In this document: positions 63,730-64,000 of the stretch, in pieces
Layout: each line of letters begins with the position of its first letter
How positions within the stretch are numbered: position 1 is the stretch's first letter
DNA from: Penicillus capitatus
Taxonomy: Eukaryota; Plantae; Chlorophyta
Assembly: GCA_965649825.1 (NCBI GenBank)
Contig: OZ287704.1
Span: 48,001-112,000, forward strand
Length of the DNA stretch: 64,000 bases
Direction of reading: 5' to 3'
Made by a program: the position numbers and the translations under genes
Notes under the pieces: generated by a model
What the model was told of the DNA's origin: nothing
Seen by the model: the letters and a program-made list of their open reading frames with translations, nothing else
The model's database searches: none

Positions 63730-64000
63730 GAGGTCATTGTAGCCGCGGAAGCTGCCTTCTCAGTCCTTCGGTGGAAGCGACGGGAGCGCTAAAGCGCGCA
63801 GCAACGTGGGGCCGACCCCACTTCACCTGGCAGTGGCGGACGGACGAGCGGATGATGCGAAAGTGCGTCATGACGTGGAATACAATTTTTCAAGGCTAAT
63901 CGCCTATACAGGCACTGCTCCGCGGAGGAGCCGACATCGAAGTCACAGACGAGACAGGACTGACTCCACTCTACTACGCGGTCTTGTCCGAGAAGGTGGA
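63730..64000 (+). CDS. Ankyrin-repeat protein, partial (runs off the window end)
   Basis: PTPLHLAVADGRADDAK|..ALLRGGADIEVTDETGLTPLYYAV. Confidence 0.75.

Overview
Gene-dense eukaryotic nuclear DNA with many short (about 45-55 nt) GT/GC-AG introns. Plant-type PSMD5 and a transit-peptide NDPK suggest a green alga (inference). Housekeeping genes: MSH6, OST3/6, PSMD5, an FCP1-like phosphatase, NAA20, NDPK, MOCS2B and ZNHIT2. Accessory content: (1) four paralogous ~5 kb genes for secreted beta-helix (GGA/PMP-like), Cys-rich, multipass membrane proteins; (2) a predicted secreted trypsin fused in frame to ~23 ankyrin repeats, each on its own phase-0 exon, with a mosaic 3-exon unit repeated six times; (3) an apparently full-length LINE with a 12-bp TSD inserted in the signal-peptide coding region of a Cys-rich membrane protein gene; (4) a ~1.2 kb duplicated segment whose ~235 bp core is nearly invariant and has Pol III A/B boxes, helices and a T-tract (candidate ncRNA); (5) an RT-less retroelement-like region with a TM/coiled-coil/zinc-finger/retropepsin polyprotein, diverged inverted repeats and two tandem arrays. 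All exon structures were inferred by eye and need RNA-seq confirmation.
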